DNA from: Tubiluchus corallicola
Lineage: Eukaryota > Animalia > Priapulida
DNA: 64,000 nt
Assembly: GCA_030141605.1 (NCBI GenBank)
Contig: JAQGDQ010002367.1
Location: 310,001-374,000, forward strand
Direction of reading: 5' to 3'
Shown here: positions 1-13,089 of the stretch, one piece after another
Position numbering within the stretch: the first letter of the stretch is position 1
Layout of the letters: each line of letters opens with the position of its first letter
Made by a program: the position numbers and the translations under genes
Notes under the pieces: model-generated
Seen by the model: the letters and a program-made list of their open reading frames with translations, nothing else
Database searches by the model: none
What the model was told of the DNA's origin: nothing

Positions 1-462
1 GTAGCATTTAGTAGTTAGCCCAGAAGCAAAAATGTATATAATAATTACACTGTTTACGTTACTAGTGCATTTTTAGAACAGAATAATGTACAGTTTTAAT
101 GCATCAAATTAGGTGAAAATGTCGTTGACAAAATCAAAATTTGCCTTGAGCAAAGTACAAAAATAGTCGTTAAAGTGAAACGTGCATTGTTAAGTGAAAA
201 AGGTGTCAAATGATCAGCATCATTAAAACGAAACATCGCTAAACAGGAAGACATGAAGCGATTACTGTACTGTAGAAATATTGATAGTAATGTTTACTGA
301 ATGGCCGTATAGCACTGACTTTATCAGTAACAATGTGCATTGAATAAACTATGGGAGTAGTAAAACATTAAAGACATTTCTAGTTAATAAAGTTGTAGTT
401 AATAAAGTCTTAGATTAATTAACCAACAAAAAATTAATAACCATGTTCAACATTTCAGATAC

Positions 463-612
463 CTTTCCACTTTTAATGTCACGCACATATATTCCTTCAT
501 TCTCATCAAGTGGAATTGCAGTTCGTCTGGCCACGACTTCAACCTCAACTGGTGGCACATACTCTATTGGTCCTCTGATCATCCACCTGTCACCTGGCTG
601 GCGAGTTTTACC
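463..612 (-). CDS. MVP: MVP coding exon 9
   Basis: [50 protein letters not shown]. Confidence 0.95.
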
Positions 613-3600
613 CTAACCAGGAAAAGTCCTTAAACTACTCAGTCTTAAAAGTTACACATGTACAAAAAAAATGTCAGGTGAAGTGTGTAAATTCTTATAT
701 AATTGTATAATTGTCTAGCAAAAGCTACTAGACATCAAGCAGAAACTAAGCATAATTAGTAAACATCTAATTTATTTTAAAAGCGGTAAATTTACAAATT
801 CAGAAACAGAAGCTTTTTGCTTAAAAATAGTTATGTTACAACAACATTTTGTGGATACCTTACAGTATATAAAATATTACCGAGTAAAATTTTGAAATAG
901 TTGATTCACAACTCTTGAATATAATAAATTATAAAAGCTATTAAAATTATACAATAACTGGACATACGGCAGTTGCATCACTGAATGACTCATTTGCTCG
1001 TAAGATCAGCCCTTCATTTTCACCAAGTATAAATACATTTTGAATACCAGCTTCCAGCTTCTCACCGGGGCGCAAGAAAAATGATTTCTCTCCCTAAATA
1101 GAAAAATTCTGTACCAGTAATGTATTTTTATATTTGATGATTAATAATGAACATCATTTTGTTGTGATAGTGAAAAAATCAAACAATTATTGTAAAACTT
1201 AAAAATAACTTATAGTCATTGCATTTTTTGTCTGTTGGTCAAGTTTTCAAATTTTTTCAGGTTTAAGGAGCAACTGCCACAATTTTTATGTTATAATATT
1301 GACATCTGTTCTTCAGTTTCTAATGTTAAGATGTTATGCCATTTGGAAGTATGTAAATACTAGCTCCATGGCAGGTCACTGGCTACAGTAGGCAGCTGAA
1401 ATCAGTGCCACATTTATCAATCCATGAGCACTGTTCACAGACTCAACATTTCAATATTTAGACTAGATAACTTCAAAATTTTAGAATCTGCTATTAGTGA
1501 ATTTAATTTGCAAGTATTTGAATTTGTGAGTACTTCGAATTTTTGAGAAACTCTTTAGATAAAGCTGGAGTAATGTTCATCAACTTTCTTTTCCCCCACA
1601 ATTATTTTGAGAAGCTCGTTTACAGTGTTGAACATGTGTTGCTGCAAAGGTTTATCCTATTGCCAAGCACAGGCAAGAGTCAGAAAATGTAGAGTGTAGA
1701 AATAGCCTAACTATAATTTTCTGTCATTTGACAATGTACTGCACAATCTACAAGTTTTAAATTAAAAATCGTTGTTTGCTTTTCACCGAGTGTGATTTTA
1801 GACTTTTGTAATGGTCTGTATCCATTAAATTTTCATTAGGTAAGAATCGTGCTCGTGACAGACCAAAGGTGAAAGCGTGCAGTTGGTACAACAGATCACT
1901 GTGTTTGAATAACTAGACCCGTGTGTATACTTAAGTGGATGCTGGCATTTATTTTCTAAAAGTAAATAAGTAATAAATTTAGTGAAATGTCAATTCTATT
2001 TTACCTCTTAAGGTATAAACTACGTTTATACAGTTTAGTTTTGGTTTTAACTGGTATGCATGTTGTGTCTGTTTATGTCTTTATCATTACATTACTGGTA
2101 ATTGCCACATGCACCATGTCAGCCAAAATGAATGTTAACAATATGAGTGAATATTTTAAATAAACAAGTGAAAGATTGAATAAAATAAACAAATAAATAA
2201 ATAGACAAACATGATAAGACAAACACACAAACAGATAATTTCATAATAAACAAATGAATGAGTAAACTAAAAAATGAACAACCAAACAAACAAACAACAA
2301 ATGTGCAGATAAAATTAGGGCGAAGAGGTCGATGTGGTGTGAATTCAATGCAATGTCAGACATGGAAATGTAAAGTAATGGTAAACTACAATTTTTAAAT
2401 AATATGTGATGATTGTGTTGAGCAAAATCTTAACTCAACTAACACGTATTTATACCTTCACTAGTCGTTTTTTGCCTAGCTGAGGTTTGCCATCATTTCC
2501 AATAGGATCGACGATAACGCAGTATTGCCTGTTACTTAATGTTGTTATATTAACTTCACCTACAACCTAAAACAGGTGAATGACTCATTAATACACATTA
2601 AATATAAATGAGGTAAAGAGAATAAGCAGGTCATTGTGTTACTCGCCCATGAATAACTCTATAGAGCCATTCAGTTTGTATAGGATTGTACCACTTTGCC
2701 AAAGAAGACTCTCCTCAATGCTGAATATCCATAGAAAATGTCACTTTTATTGCCAAATTTCTTCCAGATATTTAACGTTTTCTTCCTGTGTGATATTATA
2801 AATTGGCAAGGTACATTCAATCTGTAATAATGTAATTAAAACTAATGAAATTTAACATTGCAGGTTTCCAAAGTAATTATATCATATTGTACATATATTT
2901 TAAACCCAAGCAAAATTCCAAAATAGATCTATATAGATAGATTCATACATACATTTTTGGCTCTTTTAGTGGCTTCTGTCTGATTCAATGTCTACATTCT
3001 AACAGTTTAACCATTCACACACACCTGCTCATGCTAACTAACTTGCCTCATCACCTAGCATTCTACTCCTTATAAGTTCTACCACTAGGTGGTGCCACCT
3101 AACAATGCACAAATTTTCTGCAAAATCATCATCATTTAACAGTTTGATAGCCAAGATTCAGAACACAGTTCGTCATGTAGTCTCCTTATTTATGTAATTC
3201 AAAACTTTGACATTTACTCATTGTGAGATAGACAATGCACATTAAACTTTCACAAATTTGGATTCCACGTCAACTGTAAATGTGTGTCTATAATGCAGGG
3301 GTGACCACACTTTTTCAGCTTGTGAGGTACTTATAAAATGACCAAGTCAAAATGATCTACCTACTACAAAAATGCAAAACATATATTTATTTATGAATAT
3401 GTTTGTATGATATAAGTGGTTGTACCTTGCATAACTGCACGAACCCTTATTGCACAATACAACTCTCTACATTTTTTGGCTACTTTCTTGGTCCAGCTCT
3501 CAGACTAATTTTTATACCCTTTCTTAAGTTTAGTAGAAATAAATTACAGGTTAGCTTGGTTGAATTTTACAGCAGCTGCTTGGCGCACCAAAAAGAAGAC

Positions 3601-6600
3601 TGGGCCAGCCAATCCGCTGGTCTGACAATACAAGCCTCGAGACTGGCTGGCTGGCCTTCATACGAGCCAATCAGATTGCTTCTCACATTTCTTGCACATT
3701 TGGGCATTTCAGTGGTGGCTTTACATCGCTTTTTTGTGTTCCAAGTGAGCATTGCAAAATTTCACCATGTCTGACAGGGACTTTAATTAAAATTTCCTTA
3801 GCGAGTCTGATTCTCCCAGCCTAGCAGTGAACCTGACACGGAAACCAGCGAAAACAACCAGTGGAGTATACAATGTAGCTATTTTCTTGAAAAATAAGTG
3901 CATGCGATCTACCCACACTATCTTTGTGATTGACTAGTAGATGTAATGGGCACCCCTGCTAAAACTACAGCTAGCTTATTTGCGTTGTTTCAGCCAAGTT
4001 TTTATATCGTCTTGTATCATACAGATGAAGCATGGCCACGAGACCAAAAATTTATTTCCGTTTGGAATTCCACTCCACAATTACAATGTGGCATCTGTGA
4101 TATGCACCAGCTGAACGTCTTTAACTTACATTTAATCTGCCTTTGCTGTTCACATAAGTTTGTTTATTGGCTAACCTTAAAGGAAGAACCAACCCTCGAA
4201 CAACACTTATTGCATTTTAATATATAATTAAAAATATTGAAATCACCACACAATATAAGCACATAGAATGCTCTGCTTATAAATGTAACAGAAATTTAAA
4301 TATTTTTTATCTCCGCCAAACGATAGTCGCTGCCAGCATATTTGAAAAAAATGAAGTAAGCTGGTGACTGCTGGGCAGCGTGAATGCTGTGAAGGTAAAC
4401 TGTGATGAAGGTACGCATTGAGAAATTTCTACAGTTCACTCAAAAGTTCGTTATTCTACCATTGTATTTAACTGTGTTTATGTAAAAATTAGTCACTGGA
4501 TCAATTATGATCAAGTTTACGTTGGTTACATAGCTTTAATCCACGGGATTATACCGTAAAATGTGTAAGTAGTGTACATTAATTGTACAGAATTTTGTTG
4601 ACTTTTAGACACGCATGTAAACTTGCAAGCATATAACAGGTACCGGGTGGGTTACTTAGATTATAGAATTGGCTCTATAAATCAAAAAAATATTATTGAA
4701 ACACCGGGCAGAGCAAATGCCTATAATGAGCGAAAATCGGATGATGCCATTTTTCGTCTAAGATGAGAGTTTTCAAAAGTAATTCTTGAAAGAGTTGCCA
4801 CAGTTCGTTAGTTTTTTTTTACTTTAATAAGCTGGAGATCTTGAGGGAATTTTGCGTTTTCACTTTGAAACAGTGCAACCAAAAGCACTAACTGCAATTT
4901 TTTACGCCATAAACCGTACATACCTGGGTGCTCTTAAGTTGTTTTATATTTAATCTACAGATGACTGGATAATGCTACAGTAAAGGACAGAGAGCAGGGG
5001 AAAGAGAGGAACAGGGATGAGCATGACAAAATGCAAAAAACTCTGAAACAGGCCGGGGTTTGGGGGCCGCCTAGGCCCCAATGGGGTTGAGGGGGGCATT
5101 CAAGGGGGCGAAGCCCCCTTTGGAGCCAGCAACAAATTGCAATTTTGTGACCGTAGAGAACCTCTAAGTGAACTTAAAATATCAATTACCTTGTTTCATG
5201 CATAATTTAAAATACCCAACTATCAAGGATACATGATACATATGATTGTGGAGTTTAAAAAAATTAACAAATTTTATTTTGTATATATTTTGATGCCTAT
5301 ATTTCATAAATTATAAAATTAAACTTGGTTTTATTCAAATTACGCTTTGGCGGTTGTTTGTGTCTGGAGGCCTCAAAGTTTCACATTTGTCAGCAATGAA
5401 GATATGCCGCATTGCTGTAAAAGGCATGCTACAAAGCGTACAGATTAACAAATAAACGATATCTACGCTTTATTTGACCTATTTTAGCCAAAATTTTTCA
5501 GCAATTTTAACATCTAGGAGATAAAAGGTAAGCTGAATAAATACCTCGAAAAAATGCTACTGAAAGTTTTGATTACAATTTCGACGAAAACGAGTTCCAA
5601 CCCCGAAAATTTTTTTCAACAAATTTACGCGATTTACAAAAATGACACTACTGGTCTTCCAAAAACTCGGAATTCCGCATATCCGCGGAAAATTCTCATC
5701 TCTGGAGGAAGTCAGAAAGGGGGAGATAGATTCTACTGAAGTAAGGTAAATCATAATGTAAAAATAGCTTTATGTGGAATTATTCCTGTTTTTTCAAATT
5801 TCATATCATTTTATACTTTAAAATATAATTTGATAAATAAGAAGTAAACAGGATATGTTTGCTGCACCATCGCAAAAATGATGTGGGGTGCATAAAAGTA
5901 ATAAAGCACAAACTCTGCCATTTATTACAAATTATTCATTTTCAGAATTTCATATGTTATGCGGCTATTGACTGTTCAAGTACGTTAATAATGTTGAAGT
6001 TTCCACAATGGCAGCCTTGATCATTTCTAAATTGTATAGAAAGTGCATGTACCGCTTCATAAACGTGAGGAATGTGTGTTTCGGTGTCATTGAATGTAAT
6101 CAGCCACTCCTCACCGTTCTTGCGAAGTATTCCAAAATCATCAGTAAATGTTCTGACTGCTCGAACATGCAGAGCTCTCTGTAATAATATACCACTCTCT
6201 CAATATCAAAGAATTTCTTCACAATTTATCTATGTTTCGAACTGAACGCATTTCAGTGTGATGTTAAAGTGCCAATATTTTTCAACTTTTTCTTTCTATT
6301 CCTGGAGGTGCACAAGAAAATCCAGAATTATAAATCATCATAATTATTTTATAGTTTGAAACGAAAACACATGAGAACGTGGACTTGTTGACATACACAG
6401 TATTAACAGCAGCTACAGTATCTTCTTTTACTAACAATAACTTAATTGTTATTAAAAACAACCTGTCAATGTTCCCATATAAAGCAGAACCATTCTACAT
6501 AGTTACCCATCTTAAAAGATTATAAAAGATTTTATGTAGCAAATTAAAAACTGTCGTAACAGAACTTTGACATATGTAATGTTCACCATGTCATCGATTA

Positions 6601-9600
6601 CAAATGAGGCACTAATTCAAACGAACGTTTAGCAAAGCTACTGAAATCAGAAAAAAGGCAACCCATTTTAAGTTAAATGATTTCATATCACCTTCTCTGT
6701 GAGAATGTATGCCTGGACTATATCAACTACTTCTTCATGTGCACCAGGGAGGTATGCTCCAGTCTTCTTCACCAGCCATTCCTCACCTACAGAAAATGAA
6801 AACTACATTTAATAACGTTGTCAAGTTAGCTTATTAGCATTGAAAATCGTTAGTTTAAAAATCATTCACTTGTCAATTTATCAAGTCTGCCATTTAAGAA
6901 TAATAATAAACATGTAATAAAAAGTGAAAACTTAGGTTAATGTTAGCTAACTTAGAAAACTTAACTACCAACAACAATTTACCAGTAACCCGATCGTTTC
7001 CATCTCTGTCCTTAGCTTCTTTCTTTGCTCGAAGTCTTATGGCCTGATTATTTTTTACAATAACAGCAGTAATAGTTTCTTCCACTACAACTTCTTTACG
7101 TGGATAATATGTACCTGCAAATATGCTAAACCTATACCAACAACTAATCCATAAAAATTAATTTTATTGCACGAAATTGCACCAGTTATTGAACCCATAA
7201 TTTAATTAAACAATTTATAGTTTCATGAATAACATTTATATTCGACAGGCAAAATTTTTTAGCTACACCATCAGGCATGCAAAACAGAACTAACATTATG
7301 ATGCTTATTATACTAATATTACCTATTAGTGTACTAGAGATGTTAACAGCATAAATATCAATAAAAACGCTTAATAAAAAGGAAATCAATTTTTTATGTT
7401 TCAGAGAACTTAACTTACCAGGTCCCTCAAACAGCCATTCATCACCAGCTACTCTCTTTGTCCCATCAGCACTTTCAAAATCCAATACCGCACGTAGTCT
7501 TAAAGCTTTGTTAGCTGTAACTACGGTCAGGGGTGTAACTACCTGTTATCAGCAATAAATAATTAAAAATATGACTATGAAGGTCACAGGAAATCTGCAC
7601 TTTAAACACAACTTAATTAAAATATGTTAATATTACAAAGTTGCAATTTATGACAAGTTATGATGATTGTAATGCAGATGAACCTATAAAATGAACATGT
7701 GAATGCTAGAATGTGTACAGTGTTTTTACTTACACTTGTGTGTATACTGTTAAGAGATTCATGCATTTGCAGCACAATAACCAAAAATGCCATTAAATGC
7801 TATTTTGCACAAGTCTTTTTTCGCTTTTATTATCTGTGCTCAAATAAACTTTTACACAAGGTTGAGGTGTCTCACTTGTCTCTTTACAAATTTCCATCTG
7901 GCATGCCACAAACCTCAGCAGAGACATATGTATACATCTGTAAAAGTCTTACGGATGTATATTTTGATCCATTTCCCTACTTTGACTACTGCCTTGTCAC
8001 AGTTTATGAAAAACACTTAGTCTGTACATCAAACTTTACCTTAGCTATTCTTACATGTAGAAGTCACAACTTCATTTGTGCTTGTTGGATAACAGGTGAT
8101 GTAGGAGTTGTATAATGATCCCACTATAAGCATTAAATTCCTGTCATATGAGTTAGCCATGAACACTTTCAAAAAATTACTTAACACAAGTCTACTGTAA
8201 CAGGGCTCTCTATCCGCAAAAAATTTCAAATTTACGGCAGACATACATATGTTAAAAAAACCTAATCACATCAAGATTCTTCAACCCGATCAACTGAGGT
8301 CAACGGTCACCATACTGTTGGTCACCATCAATGGTCACCATCACACCATGGTACGATCTCGAAAGATGGACAGTTATACAGAAAAAAGTTACTAAACATC
8401 AGGGGTTAAAAGCTTTAACTTATAATCACAATGGAACATTACATTTTTAAAGGTCTTTTTCCAGGTAAAAGGTAAATTTCTAAATGGAGCTAGCTTCTTC
8501 AAGAAGTCGGTTTCAATGGCGAGTTAAAAAGTAAGTCAATGGAAGTTTTACATGAAATGATCAACATTTTATCAATAAGTTTGTTCACAACACCAAAGCT
8601 ATTTGTTTGAACAGTAAGGAAACAACCACCCCACCCAAAGAGTTCCTACTTTACCTAACGGTCAATAAATGTTGTACTTTGTACAGATGAAATACAATAC
8701 ACTCATAAAGCACAAGTCTGACTATATTGACATTCTGTATCTTGGCAACATAGCTGCATGCACAACTCTAATATACAAGCCCACTCAAGTTAACATAATG
8801 TTTAATTTATGCATTACCTAGTTACCATATACAGCCTGTAGTACAATAACTGATTAACAATGAAGGAGATAATGAATGTATTACACACAGAGAAATTATT
8901 AACTTATTATACAGGCAAAGTTTTTCCAGTCAAATGTGAACGTTCATAACATCATCATATATGTTATAGGCAATTCAGATGAGACCATACGATCTTTCTT
9001 ATGACACCAAGAACTACTCATCCAAATTTAGACAATAATCAATTCAAATTCGTCTTGATACATGAAAAATGACATAGGTCATACAAACGTGACAAAAGAT
9101 TTGAAAATGAGAAGAATATTATTTCTATGATTTTTCAATTTCATAGGTCCACATTTTTGCACAATAAATGCACACTTTTGCTATCTACTGCTTTAGCTTG
9201 ATTTTCATAAAGTAAAACACAGCTGAAACTGATAAATGTTTGCAATTATGATCGTTGGCATTTTTGGTCTTGCTACCAAGAGTTCTTCCACTAGGCGAGA
9301 GAAATGGCTAGCATTTTACTGAATACACATGTAAAAAGGTGTTACCTTATTTATATATGCAAAGGACAGAAACCTACACCACTGCATGATACGATGAGAT
9401 ACTCAAGATTGATTGTACATAAGAATTTACAGTTCAATACAACACGTACAAAATATACTAAAAACAGACTTGAAGAAACCAAATTGAACAAGAAATTTTA
9501 AAAGCAATTAAAAAATATTACAATAGCTTTAATGTAATATATTACCTGCTTCAAACGTTCCCCGGGATAAAGAGGAAATGGATCACGGGCTAAACGTACT

Positions 9601-10922
9601 TCCAGATCAGCATGCTGTAATCTAGCTTGCCCGAATTTGTCAAGCACTGGTTTTCCATCCTTGTCAATAACAACAGGATTTTCTACGACACAGTAATGAC
9701 GAGGTGGTACGACTACCATCTGCTCCGGACCCAGTAAAACTCTAAAAAGTAATTTAAAGAATGGAGTATTTACATTTTTAAAATATTATATAAATCTTGC
9801 AAAATGCATACCAATCATGAGATCTACCTAAAAGTTGTTCAGTGAGGAAAGCAGGCACCTACACAAAATTTTAAAATTTATAAATATTGTGTTACAGTAG
9901 CTTTGCAAAATTAAGGAAGCACATTTCAGTGACACACGTTCCTCATACGACAAGTTACATATACGAACTAGAATGGCACTTAGTAGACCACTGTCTCCGC
10001 CAAGGCTTGCAGAGTATAACACAGATACTTAGGTAAAGAGGTCGCTAGTTGTTCTGACGTCATCTCAATAACTATATAACAATATCTAATGATCTCACTG
10101 TATTGACCATTACCAAAACTAAAAATGTCCTTCCATGGCCCATGCCCAATCCCTCCAGAAATTTTTTTAGAAATGAGTTTAGTATTTTTACAAAATTCTG
10201 TTAATAAACAAATCAATAAATGATGATGAAAACATAACCTCCTTAGCAGAAAAATTATATGCAATATGCACAATTGACATGTCAATAATGTCATTCATAA
10301 CAACATTCCTGAGTCATATACATAATATACAGTCATATTCATAATAATAGTCATATACATTGTAACATGTATTGTAGTACAACAGTTAGTAGAGTTCTAT
10401 TCAAGAGACACTGCTGAGTAAGCACAGTAACTTAAACACTAGACAACGGGCCTTATCTCAGTATATCTCATGTCCCAAATCAGCAGACACATGTAATAAA
10501 ATTCAACAAGAAGGATGACATAGAAAAATTAGTATACGCTCACATTACTCTATGGATAAACAGTTAAATTAGCAGAAATGTAGAGTCTACAATTGATCCT
10601 ATTAACTGGCTATACTTTTTATTAATAGCCAGAACCTGTATCTAATAAACCCACTTGCTTACTAAAAAAATGATACATAAATAAATTTTCTACATGACTG
10701 GATTGAATACATTACATGCATCGCTTACAATGAAAGTTCAGACAATAAGCAAATTACTAAGTTGCTATACCTTTCATTGTCTTGGCGAATGTAAGTTTTC
10801 GGGCCCAACTCGACACGTGTTATGTTACTGTTTAGATCAATTACATGAAGATAATGATGTGGAGGAATACGGTAGACTGCCGAGTCATCCCGGTCACCTC
10901 CAGCACGTCCTTGCTTACTCAT
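463..10922 (-). CDS. MVP: Major vault protein, 5' part (9 coding exons; gene continues beyond left edge)
   Basis: GT-AG exons 10771-10922, 9546-9741, 7419-7542, 6983-7114, 6692-6786, 6053-6178, 2456-2566, 968-1093, 463-612 splice in frame to [74 protein letters not shown]...DPFPLYPGE...[18 protein letters not shown]...[15 protein letters not shown]...[11 protein letters not shown]...[19 protein letters not shown]...[18 protein letters not shown], the characteristic vault repeats. Confidence 0.97.
968..1093 (-). CDS. MVP: MVP coding exon 8
   Basis: [42 protein letters not shown]. Confidence 0.93.
2456..2566 (-). CDS. MVP: MVP coding exon 7
   Basis: [37 protein letters not shown]. Confidence 0.95.
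3296..3958. mobile_element. hAT (Charlie-like) non-autonomous element in MVP intron
   Basis: TIRs CAGGGGTGACCA / TGGGCACCCCTG; imperfect 8-bp flanks CTATAATG / CTAAAACT; GATCTAC subterminal motifs. Confidence 0.7.
4758..5704. mobile_element. Probable hAT-like element remnant with G-rich core
   Basis: Imperfect inverted ends AGATGAGAGTTTTC / GAAAATTCTCATCT; internal GGGGGCGAAGCCCCC motif common in invertebrate DNA transposons; no clear TSD. Confidence 0.4.
6053..6178 (-). CDS. MVP: MVP coding exon 6
   Basis: [42 protein letters not shown]. Confidence 0.93.
6692..6786 (-). CDS. MVP: MVP coding exon 5
   Basis: [32 protein letters not shown]. Confidence 0.95.
6983..7114 (-). CDS. MVP: MVP coding exon 4
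   Basis: [44 protein letters not shown]. Confidence 0.95.
7419..7542 (-). CDS. MVP: MVP coding exon 3
   Basis: [22 protein letters not shown]...[10 protein letters not shown]; donor GTAAGT. Confidence 0.95.
9546..9741 (-). CDS. MVP: MVP coding exon 2
   Basis: [23 protein letters not shown]...[13 protein letters not shown]; AG/GT flanks, 196 nt. Confidence 0.95.
10771..10922 (-). CDS. MVP: MVP coding exon 1 (ATG at 10922; acceptor before 10931)
   Basis: MSKQ...[34 protein letters not shown]; donor GTATAG. Confidence 0.95.
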
Positions 10923-13089
10923 CTTCAATATCTGTAAAGAGGAGTAAGTTAATCATGGCAAACAACATGTGTCCACACTGGAAAATGAAAACTTAATAAA
11001 GCAAACTAACAGAATACCTAAGTAGAGTTGACAGTTTGCATTTGTAATATTTTTAATACAAATTATCCCAAACAAGAGCAGTGGCCACTCAGGTGAGGGG
11101 CTACAGCACTACCAATGCCAGACATGTGAGAAGCAAAAATAGCTCCAACTTTGCATCCCTTGCAACTAATTTACTAGTGAGGGTTTAGTTAACTACCTGA
11201 TCACACAGGTTAATTCTTAATGACAAGGAACAACAAATAAAAATCTCACAATTAAAAACAAGAAAAAAAGAAAAAAACACTTGTAATACGTAAAGCTACC
11301 ACTTTTTTGTTCACCTAAAAAAGAACTACAGTGGTAGTTAGGAACGTTGTGTTTATTCTTTCTTTTTCTTTGGTTTTAATTGTGGAATTTTTCATTCATT
11401 GGTCACTACTTGATGAGCAATGCAGTTGGAGTTTATGCAAAAACAAATTACTGGTGAGAATAAGCTAAAGAACTAGGCGGAAAATAACTGGATTTATTAC
11501 CCATCTGAATCTACTCCGACTTTAAATAATAACTAAGACTACAGTGTATAAAAATCAGCAGCAAAACAGGACTCTGAGAAAGTTGTCAGCATTTGGAAAC
11601 TGATGGAGACAAATGTTAAGAGCATTTTGAAGCCACTTTCCATAAACTAAATACTGATAAGAAGCTGAATGGTCAAACTCACCATACGCATGTATGGGTC
11701 TACTTTAATAAGTATGGTTTTAAATTTATTTATAAGCAAAAGGTATTTTAACTCATCTTTACCAAAGTGTGCCGAAAATGCGATTTCCAAAGCTGCTCTT
11801 AAGAGTGCTCAAGCACAGAGCCCAATGTCACATACTTACAGGACATATTATAGACCCATACCATACATGATAAATGTGGGGCCATGTTGCATTGAAAGTT
11901 CAAAACACCACGCACATATTACTGCAGTGAACAAAGTAGAGCAATAAAGATTATAAACATAGGCTACTACTGCAACAAACAAACCAAAACAATTAAAGTT
12001 TCACAAAATATTCAGATTTTGGCTCAGGCAGAGAGATGAACTTGTATGGGCCTAAGCAGAAACGCAAAATGGAAAGAAAAAATGCAGAATGTGTGAACTA
12101 AAATAAACAAGGAGAATGAAATACCAGGGTGGTAGTAAGAGTAATGAAATGATAGTGAAAGGAGAACTGATGATGAAAATTAAGATTAGATTCACATGAG
12201 AATGTAAGAGAAACAGATCAAATTAGGAGAGTGATTGCAAAACTCAGCATGGAGTTATACTAGGGACAACAGCCTTAACACTTCTTCTATACTTCTTGTT
12301 TTAATACTTCTTCTTTTTCTTCTTCATTCTTGTACAACATGTGACTAATAGACTATTAATGGTTACCACGCATTACACTAAATGTGTTTTAGCACATGAA
12401 ATTGTGCAATTTAGGTTATCATGCAATAGTTATCATTTAATATCAGATATTTTAGACTTTTCTATACTGGATGTGGCAGTATGCAGGCAACATTGCCAAA
12501 GAACTATGTATAACAACCGTTACAGTTACTGTCGAAGGATACAGGTTAAGCTGATAAATAGTTTACAAATAAACCTCTCTAATATTCTTTGGTTTCTATA
12601 TTTGTGTATTAAAAGAAACAGCGGCATTCCATAATAACGGAATGTGCTGCAAGGCATCTTGCTGCCATTGAAGCAGTCCTGGATCACTAATCTTTTCTGG
12701 GTTATGCTGCCAATATCGATTTAATTGGGACCATATGCATTGAAAGAGTCTATCATTTTCTGTTCTATCTATTGGAGGCTGCTCTCTTCTTGATTTTGTA
12801 AGCATGCCATCTAGTACCATGGTATGTCAAAGATGGAAACATTTTGCTAGCATCAAAGTGATCGAAACCTTTTGAGATGTGGAAGGTTTGGATCAAATCC
12901 TGCCACATGCGCCTATATTTTAAAGTAGTTAGTCTTATTGTCTTGATTCTCGTAGACTATGGTAGTCCGGAAACTGCCAGTGAACAGATTCAATTTTCTT
13001 ATCATACCTTGCCTCACTCGATTACATCGCTATAATCCAAAATTGGCCTAGTCATTGACTTGTACCATTGCATCATCCTGGGCCCATCT

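Noticed and set aside
1-267. Right end of a Tigger-like MITE (TTACTG-TA terminus)
   Set aside because: Similar in style to 35450-35596, but the left end is outside the window, so the TIR pair cannot be verified.
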